This document shows positions 9,865-20,657 of a stretch of DNA of 49,416 nt, piece after piece. The stretch is from Deltaproteobacteria bacterium. Its GTDB lineage: Bacteria > JAEEML01. Where the stretch lies: assembly GCA_016283195.1 (NCBI GenBank), contig JAEEML010000004.1:1-49416 (forward strand). The letters run 5' to 3'. The notes under the pieces were generated by a model. The model was not told the DNA's origin. It was given only the letters and a program-made list of their open reading frames with translations, and made no database searches. The translations under genes were made by a program, and so were the position numbers. Every line of letters begins with the position of its first letter. The first letter of the stretch is position 1.

Positions 9865-10818
9865 TTAAGCGATTTTATTAACTGTATTAATGGCTTTGCC
9901 TTCATCGCGGAAGATTTTCAGCATGCGGATGACCTCTTCGGCCACGGCATCCTGGGCCTGATCGGTGGAAGCGCCGATATGGTGTGTGCCATAGACGCCG
10001 GGGAGAGAGAAAATTTCATGGCTATAAGCGCCCTCTTTATCTTTCGGCTCATTGGGCGGCACATCCATAGCTACTCTTAGGCCGTCTTCTTTTACCGCTT
10101 TCATCACGGCGTCGATATCAAAGAGCTCAGCGCGGGCGGCGTTAATAATGAGAGCGCCCTTTTTCATTTTGCTCAAAAATTCGCTATTTACCATTTTTTC
10201 CGTTTCGGGGATGGCCGGAGCGTGCAAGGAGATGATATCGGCATTTTTGATGACATCATCCTGGCTCATCATCTCGGCGCCGAACTCAGCACCTTTTTCT
10301 TTGGAAACAAAGGGGTCTGAAGCGATGATTCTCATGCCAAAAGCTTTAGCCCGGGCGGCCACTTCTTTGCCGATGGCGCCAAAGCCGATGAGGCCGAGCG
10401 TTTGCCCTTTAAGGCCGGCTGCTTTTGAGTAGCCCTTTTTGTTCCACTTGCCGGCTCTAAGATCGGCCACGTTATCGGGAATGTGGCGATCCATAGCCAA
10501 AATGAGGCCCATGGTGAGCTCGGCCACAGCTACCGAGTTTTTGCCCGGAGTATTGGCCACATGAATACCTTTGGCTGTAGCTTCTTTGACATCTATGGTG
10601 TTGGTACCGCTGCCGGCACGGATAATCATTTTGAGGGCGTCGCCGCTATCTATCACAGCTGCCGGTACTTTGGTGCTGCGCACAACGAGCACATCAAAGC
10701 CCTTAACCGCCGCATCGAGGCCGTCTTTCAAAGTTGGGCGATAATCCACATCAAAGCCCGCTTCTTTCATTTCGGCAATGCGCTTATCCGGAAACTTGTC
10801 AACCACCAGTACCTTCAT
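9865..10818 (-). CDS. D-isomer-specific 2-hydroxyacid dehydrogenase, D-3-phosphoglycerate dehydrogenase-like, no ACT domain
   Basis: AAGGAG RBS before ATG 10818 (MKVLVVDK); VRST, RAGSG.NTID, NTPGKNSVAVAE, GFGAIG Rossmann loop, HIGAST. Confidence 0.88.
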   Translation of the reverse strand: MKVLVVDKFPDKRIAEMKEAGFDVDYRPTLKDGLDAAVKGFDVLVVRSTKVPAAVIDSGDALKMIIRAGSGTNTIDVKEATAKGIHVANTPGKNSVAVAELTMGLILAMDRHIPDNVADLRAGKWNKKGYSKAAGLKGQTLGLIGFGAIGKEVAARAKAFGMRIIASDPFVSKEKGAEFGAEMMSQDDVIKNADIISLHAPAIPETEKMVNSEFLSKMKKGALIINAARAELFDIDAVMKAVKEDGLRVAMDVPPNEPKDKEGAYSHEIFSLPGVYGTHHIGASTDQAQDAVAEEVIRMLKIFRDEGKAINTVNKIA

Positions 10819-11008
10819 TTCTTTTGCTCCTTTTAAAAGCTGCACCGTGCAGCATATCGGCCCATAAGAGTGGCGCATAAGGCGGGATAAGTCAACCGGA
10901 ATAGCCGTTTTTTGCGTTTTTAAAGTAAAAAAGAGTTTCAGCGCATTATAGAGTTTGGACTAAGCTGCCGATATGCTATAGAATATGTGGTTTTTTTGGG
11001 AGCCTGAC

Positions 11009-14000
11009 ATGGGTAAAAGAAGCACCTTTTTAATTATATTAGTATTCTCAATTTGTCTTGCCGGCTGCGGCCCCAAAGAATTTATGGGCTTAAAGGCCAG
11101 CGATCTTTTTCCCGAGCTAAGTAATGCTCCGGGGACTTTCAGAGAACCTGTGACCGTTTTGAGTACGCCGGCCAATGAACTCTCGGCCGTTGTTTCGCCG
11201 CTTGGCGACTCACTGCTTTATGTCTCCGATGAGCAGGGCAATACTAATATTTATCTGAGCCCCATTCGCGGCAATGGTTATACACAGCTCACAACCCAGA
11301 GCGCTGATGATTTGGAACCGGCCTTTTCGCCGGATGGCGCGCTTATTGCCTATGTTTCCATGGAAGAGGATTCCAAAGGCGATATTTGGCTGATGAAAGC
11401 TAACGGCAAACGCAAAAAACGGCTCACTTTTCGTGAAACCGCCGACAGAACGCCTATTTTTTCTCCCGATGGCCGCTATATTTATTATGTAGGGCGGCGC
11501 GGTGTAAAAGATATTGCTACTATTTATCGCGTGCCGGTTAAGGGCGGCAAAAGCGAAGATTTAGGCCCCGGTTTCGACCCGGCTCCTCTCTATGACGGCC
11601 AATATTTAATTCATACCGTTTTTGATGAAAATCACCATCCGCGCCTGGCTGTGCGAAATTTGCAACATGGCGATAAAAAAAGCACTTATTTGACTAAAGG
11701 CGATTATTTGGAAGGCTTTCCCCGTGTTTTTAGCGGCCAAAAATATCACCACCTGGTATTTAGTCGTTTTTGCGACGACACCAACGGCGACGGCCTGGTT
11801 GACGGTGACGACCGCCCCAGCCTCTGGCGCCTTGATATAACCATTACCGATAGCGGCCTTAAATATGGCGAGCCCTTTCCGCTCACTACCGGGCAAACAG
11901 CGGAAATATTTGGTTTTATTAGCGGAAATGTGCTCTTTTTTACGGCAACTGATAACGACCACGAAATAAAAGCGCTGCCGATAGACGGCGTTATTTCCCG
12001 CGAAGTAAACGACGAGACCATCTATGCTCTGGCCCTGGCCAGCCATAAGCCAGTGGTGCGGCGCACGCTTTTGCGCTACTTGGTGAGCCGTGGCGGAGTG
12101 CCGGCCGGCCGCGCCCGCTACGAACTTGCTAAAGAGCTTTCGGAAAATGAAGAATACGATATGGCCCTTAAAGTCCTGAGAGCGGCCATTGACTCAGCTC
12201 ATGATGAGCCGGATTTTGAAAAAGTGCTCATTTTGGAAGAATACCGCATTACGGTTTTTAAAGAGGAAAAAGAGCTAAGTGGCGGTAAAGTGCATAGCTA
12301 TTTAAAGGATAGACTCGAGAATCTGCCCAATATTCATCAGGAGAGCCCGGAGGATTCCCTGGCTGTTGCGGCCCGCTATGCCACTATAAAAGCCGAGCTT
12401 TCATATAAAGTTGGTGAGCGCTCTAATCTGGTGAAAAATTTAGAAAATCTTTTAGCTAAGAAGGATGTTCCGCTGGAAGATGTGGCGCGGGCCAGGCGCG
12501 TTTTGAGTAACTTGGCTCTCTCTTTGGGGCGCTTGGATGAAGTTAAAAATCTGGAATTTAATGTTTTGCGCCTTAATGCCCAGCTGGATTATCATAAAAA
12601 TAAAGCGGTTAATGTGCTTTTAAATAATATGCCGGCTGCTGAAACTCCGGCCGATTATTTGCAAAATTTGGCCGACGGTGCCAGCGATATTCCCCTTTTG
12701 GCTACCAGCGCGCGTTTAAAACTGGCTGATTATTACAAAGAACGCACCTTTATGGCTTTAGCTGCTGCCGAATATGAAAAAATACTCACGGCTTATCCGG
12801 CCGAAAAGGCCGAAGCGGTAACAGCCCTGCGTGAACTGGCCAAAATGGCCGAAGATAGCGGCGATAGGGCGGCTGCTCTCGATTATTGGGAGCGCATTGT
12901 CAGCGATTACTCTACAGAGTGGCAGGAAGTAAAAGAGGCCAGAAGTTCCATTTCGCGCCTGGCCCTTTTAAACGCCAAAGCCGAAGAAAATAAAGGCAAT
13001 ATAAAAGCGGCGCTTGAAAATTACCGCCGCATGATAAAAGCCGATGAAAACTCCATTATTGCCCATAGACACTTAATAGCCCTCTCGGCAAAGCTGGGTA
13101 CCATAAACGAAACTATTGCCTCTTACCGGGCAGAGGTGGCCAAAAATCCCGATAAAGCCGCCTATGTCTATGGTCTTGGCCTGGCCTTAACCTGGCAAAT
13201 TCCTTTAAAAATCGACGAAGCTGAAAAGTATGTGAAAAAGGCCAAAGCACTGGATCCGCGCCTGGCTGAGGCCTATTTGACTCTGGGCTGGATAGAGGAG
13301 CAGCGCTACAATAAAGATCCCTTTGGCGACCATTTGGAAAAGGCGGTTGACCATTATATGACAGCCCTAAATGAAGGGGCGCTGAGTGAAACCGTAGCCG
13401 ATGCCAAACAAAATATCGGCAATGCCTTTTTTCTCATGGGTAAAGATGATTTGGCTTTTAGTAATTACTTAAGCCGCGAACTGGATCCCGAGCCTTTTTC
13501 CGGCATAGAAAGCGAACTTATCTTTCGTGAGCGCTTTGGGCGCGTGGCTCTCCGAAAAGAATATTTTGATGTGGCCTTAACCGAGCTTAATGACGCCGAA
13601 CGCCTAAGCCGCGATATTAATTACCCGAGGCGCGGCGAACTTTTAATGCTTTTGGGCTTTTCGGCTTATGCTCAGGAAAATTACGACAAAGCCGCCAAGT
13701 GGTATCAAAAAGCGGCCGAAACTTTTACCGCCGCCGCCCGTTACGACAAAGCGCTTACTGCCCGCCGCGCAGAGGGCTATGCTTTGGAACTGGCCGGAAA
13801 ATATCAGGAAGCCGAAGAAGTGCTCGGCGAAAGTTTGGCCATGCTGGCCCGCTATGGCGGCGCTCCCAGCCATAAATATGCGCTTTTGGAATTTGAGATG
13901 TCGCTCGAGAGCAATAATGTCACGAGAGCCCCATACGGTTTTGACGCCGCCGGCGAAGAGGAACTTTTGCGCCATAGGCTGGCTACTATTTTTGGCCGTG

Positions 14001-17000
14001 AGGGGCGTCTTGATGAAGCTCTTAACCACTATGAGCGCAAGCTGGCTCTTTTGGAGAAAGCCAAAAGTAATCGCCATGTGGCCGAAGCGGTCGATGACGA
14101 GCTCATTTATACCTATAATCAGCTTGGTGTTTTGCGCATTTTGCTAGGTGAACTCAAAGTCGGTGAGGAATTTTTCCTCAAGGCTTTTACCCTTGCCGAG
14201 CAGGAAGAATATCTCAATTTCGGCGGCAAACTGGCCGCAGCTAATAATCTCCTTAGTTTACTGCGCTACGGCCTGCCGCTATCTGCCGAACTGGAAAAAT
14301 CGCTTAACGAATTTTGGGAGAAATATCACGATAATTGCCGCCGGGAACTTCGAAAGCCTTGCAATAAATTTTTAATAAGTATGGCTAGTTATGAGCTCTC
14401 TAAGGTGGGCGGCCGGGATAGCGGAGAAATTAACGGCGGCGCTAAGATTATTGAGAAATTTATGCAAGATACCGCGCTTATTAGCCGGGCCTATAAAAGG
14501 GCCAAAGAGGTTAACGCCATAATTAATGATGCTGCTACCGAGGGCGCCGCTGTAGCGGATTACGGCGATTACAGTGCGGCCGCCGATAATATCAAAGCTC
14601 ATGGAGAGGCGCTTTCCGGCAATTTGGAAGAAGCCAGAAAAATTAGCTTAAAGAGTATTAAAACAGCTTCGGCAGCTATGAAATGGCGCCTTATTTGGGA
14701 CCGCTATTTCTGGGATACCGAAGAGCGGGCAGCACTTACTAAAGAGCTTCTTGATGAATTGCTTAAAGGCGGCCAGGCCATGGGTAGAGCCAACCTCTGG
14801 AGCCATGATTTCCGCGAAGCTCTTTCCGCTATCTTTAGTACTCTTGGTGATGAAGATGGCAAAAAACTCTTGGAACTTGCTAACTTATGGCGTTCTCTGC
14901 AATTAAAAACCACTCCTTGGGGAGGCAGCGCCGCCATAGCCGGTAAAGCGTTTAATGCGGCCGAACTGCTCCTAAAACTTAACGGCAGTGCTTATATTTT
15001 GGAGCAAAATTTGCTTGGTAAAGAGCTTTTGCTTATTGCTTACGGCGAAAATATTTTCAAATTTTATGGCGAAAAAAAGGCCGCCGAGGATTGGCTTAAC
15101 GAAAAACTTACCGCTTATGAGGGGCAGGTTTTTTATTTGGATACTTTGAGCCAAGACGGCGAAAAAACGCTGAAAAATGCTCTTATGAAGCGCGAAAATA
15201 TTTTTACTCTTTTAGCCATTAGTCCGGCGCATCTTTATAAAGCTTTAACGGCGCAAACTTTTTCTACCAGAGGACCGCTTTATATCGGAGGCGAGACAAT
15301 TAACGGCCTAAAGGGGCTAAATACTCTGGCTGGCGTGAAGGACTTAAAAGAGCAAAAAGATCAAATATTTTCGCGTGAATATGTGATTGTTGATATACCT
15401 CTTACCGTCTCTTTGGACGGCCAACCGCTTTATATTGGTGCAGATGGTAAATTAAGTGCCTATCGCCCGGCCGCCTTGCGCACACCGCTCATAATTTTTA
15501 ACCGTTTATATAAACTCGATGACCTTTGCAATACCGTGAAAAACGGCACCTATTTGGCCGGAAATATCTGCCTGCCTTTGGCGCCGGATTTTGTAAAAGC
15601 GGTTAATGAGCGGCTTGGCGCTGATGCCGATCGCCTGGCCGAAGCGCGCCTAGTGGCTGCCTCTATGGAGCAAGGAGCGGCATTGGTAGCGGTGACCAAA
15701 GAGCAAAGTTTGCCGCGCCTGGCCGGTGAGCTCGATGCCGTCACCGATGATTTAAAGAAAGAATCGCCGGGAAAAATATTAACAGAGAAAATAAATGATA
15801 AAATTAAATTAAATATTTATGGAGCTATAGGTCTTGATGGCGCCGCCGGAAAGAAGTTGGCCGAGAGCGAGTACAAAAAAGCGGCCGGCGAGGGTAGTAA
15901 ATATTATAAAAATAAAATTTGGGCTGCTGCCACCGAGCCCTTTATCGAAGCTACCGCCGCTTTGGATTATCAGGGAAAATCATCAGCCAGTGTGCGCAAC
16001 TTGCTCTCTCAGGTTTATGGCAACCTGGGCGAAGTGGATAAGGCTATTGCCGAGCAACAGAGTGTGCTTGATGAATATATCAGAGAGAAGAAGTCGGCTA
16101 ATATTGCCACCTCCATGCGCATTTTAGGCAAACTTTATCGCGATAAAGATAACATTGTAGCCGCCGAACTGTTTGAAAAAGCGGCAAAAGAGTTTAATAA
16201 ATTAAATAAAAAAGCCGATGAAGGTGATTCTTATATTTTGGCCGGTAAAGCCTATAGTGCCGTTGGAGCTTACGATAAAGCGCTTAACGCTCACCGGCGG
16301 GCTCTGGCGATTTTTATAAAACTGGATAATAATCGCCAGTACGAAGCCAATCGCTATATAGGCATAATTTATGAAAATAATTACAGTAATTATCGCAGCG
16401 CCATGAATTCTTATAATGCTATTTACAGCGCCGCTTTGAAAAAGGGCGACGAAAAAGAGGTGCGCACCGTTTTGGTGGATTTGACGCGTGTGGCCCGCAG
16501 CCAGGGTAATTACCAAAAAGCTCTGGAACTGGCCGGCCGGGCTTTAGCCAGCTTGCCGGAAAACGAAGAAAAGGCCAAAGCGGAAATTCTTTTGGAAATG
16601 GCTAAAATTTATTGGTATCGCGGCGAATATCGCCAGGCGCTTTTAACCGATGGTGAGGTGCTTGATATAGCGCAAAAGTTAGGTAATATTTTCCTTGAGA
16701 TTCAAGCAGTTTCCCTAAAGGGACTCATTGCCCGCAATCAAGGTGATTTAGATAATGCGGCTATCTTTTTGGAGCAGGCGCTCAATATGGCCGAGCGCAC
16801 CGGCCGCCAAGGCGAGGTGGCCAATCAGCTCAATAATCTGGGGATTGTTTACCGCGAACAAGGCAATATCAAGGAGGCTATAGAGACTTTTAATCACGCC
16901 TTGGCACTTGATGAAAAAATGAATAATAAAGAAGGCATAGCTTTTGATAAGCGTAATCTTGGCGTAGCGCAAACCGAGGCCGGTGATTTAAAAAATGCCG

Positions 17001-18580
17001 AAGAGAACCTTTTGGCTTCTTTAAAAGTCAGCCAAAGAATTAGTAGTAAATTCAACGAACTTGAGTGCAGATACGCTCTCGGCCAGCTCTATGAAAAGCA
17101 AGGTGATAATAAAAGTGCCAGAGAGTATTACCAAAGTGCCAGTACCTTGGGGCAAAAGATTTCTGTGGCCGATGTAGAATGGCGCGCCCTCTATGCTCAG
17201 GCATTGCTTGATATTGGGGCCCAAAAAACAGCTGCCGCGCGGGAAGAACTATTGCAAGCGGTGACAATAGTGGAAGGTATTGGGCGTAGCGGCGGCAAAG
17301 AGCGCACTCCGACGCGCGAAGAGCTCTATGGTACTTTGGTGGCTCTCTTGCTGGAAGAGGGGGAAGCTGCCCTGGGCCTGGAATTTTTTGAGCGCTATAA
17401 AGAGCGCAGTTATCTTGATTTTGTCAGCGGGCGCGATATCGGTTTGCAAAAAGAGGAAGGTTATGCAATTTGGGAAGAAATAGAAGGGCTTTCCGCCGGT
17501 GACCAGAATAGCGATACTAATCCTGCGGAAATCGCTACCCGCAAAAATGAGCTGAAAAACGAACTACTGGCTAAAAATTATCGCCTGGCGGCCAATCTTT
17601 TTGTCGATGGCTCCTCACTGGATTTAGGAGCTCTCACCTGGCCGGAAAAGAGCGCCTTCTTGGCTGCCTTTTTAACGCCCCAGGGCGTAGCTCTCTGGTG
17701 GTGGGATAAAAGCGGCGGCCTTACGGCGCGTCTCATTAAAACCGATATGAAAAAATTCCGTACCACTATTAATAATATACCGAAATTACTAAATAATTTT
17801 GTGCCAATGGAAGAAGAGCTCACGCAAATAAGCGAAATTATTCTGGCTCCCTTTGCCGCCAAATTGCCGGAAGTAAAATCTTTGGCCTTTGTGCTTGAGG
17901 GGCCGCTGGCCGCTCTGCCGGTGGCCGCTCTTAGTTATAAGGGCAAAAGCCTTTTAAAACGTGATATTGCTACTTGGCTGGTGCCTTCTCTTAAGCTGGC
18001 GGTGAAGGAAAGCGCGGCTTTGGCGGTGCCAAGTGTTCTTTTGCTGGCCGGAAGCGGCCCGGAGGTTACACCCTATGCTAAGCTTGAGATTAAAGCCATA
18101 GCGGCAGAGCACAAAAAACTAAGTGAGCAGCTAAACGGCTTTGAGCCCAAAAGGCAGGGCATAGCGCGCGGCAATGTTCTCCATTTGGCCGGCCACACTG
18201 TGGTTGACAGCCAGGACCCTCTGGCCACCATTATTCGCATAGATGATAAAAATAGCCTTACATTACAGGAGCTTTTACAAAATGGCCATTTGCCGCCGCT
18301 TTTGGTGCTGAGCTCCTGCGCTACCGCTGCAGGCGGTGAGGGGCCCTGGCTAAATATTCGCAAAGCCTTTTTACTGGCCGGCAGCAAAACTGTAGTGGCC
18401 AGCAATTCGCGTGTTTCTGATTTAAGTACTGGACTTTTAATGAAATATTTTTATCGCCACTGGCTAAAGGATGGTGAGCCGATGCTTTTAGCCTGGCATG
18501 AAGCCCAAAAACAGGTAGCGGAAAAATATCGCCACCCGGCCCACTGGGCCTCTTTTAACCTCGCCGGCCGGCCGGAATAA
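11009..18580 (+). CDS. Giant lipoprotein: TolB/PD40 beta-propeller, TPR arrays, C-terminal CHAT (caspase-like) domain
   Basis: GGGAG RBS before ATG 11009; lipobox LAGC; P.FSPDG repeats; TPR repeats (e.g. QLNNLGIVYREQG); CHAT motifs LHLAGH, LVLSSC, AFLLAG..VVAS, HPAHWASF. Confidence 0.85.
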   Translation: MGKRSTFLIILVFSICLAGCGPKEFMGLKASDLFPELSNAPGTFREPVTVLSTPANELSAVVSPLGDSLLYVSDEQGNTNIYLSPIRGNGYTQLTTQSADDLEPAFSPDGALIAYVSMEEDSKGDIWLMKANGKRKKRLTFRETADRTPIFSPDGRYIYYVGRRGVKDIATIYRVPVKGGKSEDLGPGFDPAPLYDGQYLIHTVFDENHHPRLAVRNLQHGDKKSTYLTKGDYLEGFPRVFSGQKYHHLVFSRFCDDTNGDGLVDGDDRPSLWRLDITITDSGLKYGEPFPLTTGQTAEIFGFISGNVLFFTATDNDHEIKALPIDGVISREVNDETIYALALASHKPVVRRTLLRYLVSRGGVPAGRARYELAKELSENEEYDMALKVLRAAIDSAHDEPDFEKVLILEEYRITVFKEEKELSGGKVHSYLKDRLENLPNIHQESPEDSLAVAARYATIKAELSYKVGERSNLVKNLENLLAKKDVPLEDVARARRVLSNLALSLGRLDEVKNLEFNVLRLNAQLDYHKNKAVNVLLNNMPAAETPADYLQNLADGASDIPLLATSARLKLADYYKERTFMALAAAEYEKILTAYPAEKAEAVTALRELAKMAEDSGDRAAALDYWERIVSDYSTEWQEVKEARSSISRLALLNAKAEENKGNIKAALENYRRMIKADENSIIAHRHLIALSAKLGTINETIASYRAEVAKNPDKAAYVYGLGLALTWQIPLKIDEAEKYVKKAKALDPRLAEAYLTLGWIEEQRYNKDPFGDHLEKAVDHYMTALNEGALSETVADAKQNIGNAFFLMGKDDLAFSNYLSRELDPEPFSGIESELIFRERFGRVALRKEYFDVALTELNDAERLSRDINYPRRGELLMLLGFSAYAQENYDKAAKWYQKAAETFTAAARYDKALTARRAEGYALELAGKYQEAEEVLGESLAMLARYGGAPSHKYALLEFEMSLESNNVTRAPYGFDAAGEEELLRHRLATIFGREGRLDEALNHYERKLALLEKAKSNRHVAEAVDDELIYTYNQLGVLRILLGELKVGEEFFLKAFTLAEQEEYLNFGGKLAAANNLLSLLRYGLPLSAELEKSLNEFWEKYHDNCRRELRKPCNKFLISMASYELSKVGGRDSGEINGGAKIIEKFMQDTALISRAYKRAKEVNAIINDAATEGAAVADYGDYSAAADNIKAHGEALSGNLEEARKISLKSIKTASAAMKWRLIWDRYFWDTEERAALTKELLDELLKGGQAMGRANLWSHDFREALSAIFSTLGDEDGKKLLELANLWRSLQLKTTPWGGSAAIAGKAFNAAELLLKLNGSAYILEQNLLGKELLLIAYGENIFKFYGEKKAAEDWLNEKLTAYEGQVFYLDTLSQDGEKTLKNALMKRENIFTLLAISPAHLYKALTAQTFSTRGPLYIGGETINGLKGLNTLAGVKDLKEQKDQIFSREYVIVDIPLTVSLDGQPLYIGADGKLSAYRPAALRTPLIIFNRLYKLDDLCNTVKNGTYLAGNICLPLAPDFVKAVNERLGADADRLAEARLVAASMEQGAALVAVTKEQSLPRLAGELDAVTDDLKKESPGKILTEKINDKIKLNIYGAIGLDGAAGKKLAESEYKKAAGEGSKYYKNKIWAAATEPFIEATAALDYQGKSSASVRNLLSQVYGNLGEVDKAIAEQQSVLDEYIREKKSANIATSMRILGKLYRDKDNIVAAELFEKAAKEFNKLNKKADEGDSYILAGKAYSAVGAYDKALNAHRRALAIFIKLDNNRQYEANRYIGIIYENNYSNYRSAMNSYNAIYSAALKKGDEKEVRTVLVDLTRVARSQGNYQKALELAGRALASLPENEEKAKAEILLEMAKIYWYRGEYRQALLTDGEVLDIAQKLGNIFLEIQAVSLKGLIARNQGDLDNAAIFLEQALNMAERTGRQGEVANQLNNLGIVYREQGNIKEAIETFNHALALDEKMNNKEGIAFDKRNLGVAQTEAGDLKNAEENLLASLKVSQRISSKFNELECRYALGQLYEKQGDNKSAREYYQSASTLGQKISVADVEWRALYAQALLDIGAQKTAAAREELLQAVTIVEGIGRSGGKERTPTREELYGTLVALLLEEGEAALGLEFFERYKERSYLDFVSGRDIGLQKEEGYAIWEEIEGLSAGDQNSDTNPAEIATRKNELKNELLAKNYRLAANLFVDGSSLDLGALTWPEKSAFLAAFLTPQGVALWWWDKSGGLTARLIKTDMKKFRTTINNIPKLLNNFVPMEEELTQISEIILAPFAAKLPEVKSLAFVLEGPLAALPVAALSYKGKSLLKRDIATWLVPSLKLAVKESAALAVPSVLLLAGSGPEVTPYAKLEIKAIAAEHKKLSEQLNGFEPKRQGIARGNVLHLAGHTVVDSQDPLATIIRIDDKNSLTLQELLQNGHLPPLLVLSSCATAAGGEGPWLNIRKAFLLAGSKTVVASNSRVSDLSTGLLMKYFYRHWLKDGEPMLLAWHEAQKQVAEKYRHPAHWASFNLAGRPE

Positions 18581-18584
18581 GTCG

Positions 18585-19349
18585 ATGTTTAGCTCGAATA
18601 GTCTTAAATACCCAGTAATTATGGGTATTTTAAATATTACGCCCGATAGTTTTTCCGATGGCGGCCTTTATATGGATGTGCCGGCGGCTTTGGCCCAAAT
18701 TTCCGCTATGCTTGAGGCCGGGGCTACTATTATAGATATCGGTGCCGAAAGCAGCCGCCCGGGGGCCGAAACTATTAGCGCCGCCGAAGAGGAGCGGCGT
18801 CTCCTGCCCCTTTTGGAAGCGTTGCCCCAAAAGCGGAATTACCTTATTTCCATAGATACTTATAAAGTAGAAACAGCGCGCCAGGCTCTGCGACTCGGAG
18901 CAGATATTATCAATGATATTCATGGGATAGATGTAAATAAAGATATGGCAAAGACCATTTCCGCCCATGGAGCCGGCTGGGTTATTATGGATTATAAGCC
19001 CCTGATTAATCTTTTAGAGGCTGTGGAACGCATGCGGGCAGCCGTTAAAAAAGCTTTGGCTCTGGGGCTCAAAAAAGAGCAGATTATTATAGATTTTGGC
19101 CTGGGTTTTCACAAAAACTCCGCTGATAATCTGGCTTTAACAGGCGCTATTCCGCTCTATAAAAAACTTGCTTTGCCCATTTTATATGGCCCATCGCGCA
19201 AGCGCTTTTTGGGTGAGCTCAGCGGCGAAAGCACGCCGACCGGGCGCGATGAGGCCACAGCGGCTGTTTGTGCTCTGGCCTGCGCTTTGGGTGCCGATAT
19301 CTTTAGAGTACACAATGTGCCTAAAGTAAAAGCGGCCTTATGTAATTAA
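18585..19349 (+). CDS. folP: Dihydropteroate synthase
   Basis: MGILNITPDSFSDGG, IDIGAESSRPG, SIDT, SRKRF, RVHNV. Confidence 0.96.
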   Translation: MFSSNSLKYPVIMGILNITPDSFSDGGLYMDVPAALAQISAMLEAGATIIDIGAESSRPGAETISAAEEERRLLPLLEALPQKRNYLISIDTYKVETARQALRLGADIINDIHGIDVNKDMAKTISAHGAGWVIMDYKPLINLLEAVERMRAAVKKALALGLKKEQIIIDFGLGFHKNSADNLALTGAIPLYKKLALPILYGPSRKRFLGELSGESTPTGRDEATAAVCALACALGADIFRVHNVPKVKAALCN

Positions 19350-19426
19350 ATACTTGCCAATAACCGGCCGACTGACAAAAATACAGCTTGCCGATTGCTT
19401 AGGCAAAAAGCTCAAGGAGTAAATTA

Positions 19427-20632
19427 ATGGCTTTTAAAAAACTTAATTCTTCCAAATACATGGGCGAATTATTAAAAAATTATTTTGCCAGCCTTTTTCT
19501 TGATGACGGGCGGCCTGTCGCCTGGTGTAGCAGCGTGGGGCCGGTGGAATTGCTGCGCGCTATGGGGTTTAAAGTCTTTTTCCCGGAAAACCACGCTGCT
19601 ATGATTGGCTCCTCCAAAACGGCCCATGAACATATTCCGAGCTGTGTGGCTAAAGGCTATGCGCCGGAAATTTGCAGCTATTTAACATCCGATATCGGCT
19701 CTTTTTTAGATGGCTTTTGCGCTCTTGAAAAAGCTTTTGGTTATAAAGAATTACCGCGCCCAAGTGTTATAGTTTACCAAACTAATCAATGCCTTGATGT
19801 AGCGGAATGGTTTAAATGGTACGGCCGCTATTATAAAGTGCCGGTCTTTGGTGTTGATAGCTTTAGGCAACTTATGAGCGTTGACGAGAGCGCAATAGGC
19901 GCTATTGTGCATCAGCTCAAAAATCTGGCGGATAATTTAGCCCCCATAGCCGGAAAATCCCTTAATATGGCGGCCTTAAAAGAGAGTGTGGCTATTTCTA
20001 AAGAGGGCAGTATTTTTTGGCAAAAAGTGCTTAACGCGGCAGCCGCCCATCCGGCGCCTTTAACCTTTTTTGATGCCATCACGCAAATGGCGCCGGCAGT
20101 GGTTATGCGCGGCACCAAAGAGGGAGCGGATTATTATAAAACCCTCTTAAGTGAGCTTGATGAGCGCGTAAAAAGCGGAGTGGCCGCTATAGACGGCGAA
20201 AAAGTGCGCCTCTACTGGGACGGTATGCCCATTTGGCCCAAAACGCGCCTTTTAGCCGATTTTTTTGCCGAGCGCGGCGTAAATATTGTGGCTTCAACTT
20301 ATGCTAATTCCTGGATTTTTTCTGCTTTGGATCCGGAAAAACCTTTGGAGTCTATGGCTAGAGCTTCCTTGGAGCTCTTTATCGATCGCGATGAAGAATA
20401 TAAGAGCGCCTATATCAGCCGCATGGTTGATTTTTTTGGCGCCCAGGGGATTATCTTTCACGATTGCCGCACCTGTCCCAATAATTCCAATAATCGTTAC
20501 GGCCTGGCTGAGAGGATGAAAAACAAAAAAATTCCCACAGTTACCATTCAGGGAGATATGAATAATTCGCTGCTCTTTAACGAAAACCAGACAGTAACCA
20601 TTTTGGAAGCCTTTTTGGAAAATATAACATAA
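19427..20632 (+). CDS. 2-hydroxyacyl-CoA dehydratase subunit (HgdA/B, FldB/C, benzoyl-CoA reductase-like family)
   Basis: VAW...GPVELLRAMG..V.FPENH, EICSY, NQC, RLYWDG.P.W, C-terminal LEAFLE. Confidence 0.85.
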   Translation: MAFKKLNSSKYMGELLKNYFASLFLDDGRPVAWCSSVGPVELLRAMGFKVFFPENHAAMIGSSKTAHEHIPSCVAKGYAPEICSYLTSDIGSFLDGFCALEKAFGYKELPRPSVIVYQTNQCLDVAEWFKWYGRYYKVPVFGVDSFRQLMSVDESAIGAIVHQLKNLADNLAPIAGKSLNMAALKESVAISKEGSIFWQKVLNAAAAHPAPLTFFDAITQMAPAVVMRGTKEGADYYKTLLSELDERVKSGVAAIDGEKVRLYWDGMPIWPKTRLLADFFAERGVNIVASTYANSWIFSALDPEKPLESMARASLELFIDRDEEYKSAYISRMVDFFGAQGIIFHDCRTCPNNSNNRYGLAERMKNKKIPTVTIQGDMNNSLLFNENQTVTILEAFLENIT

Positions 20633-20657
20633 AACATAAAGATAAAAGGCGCCGCTC

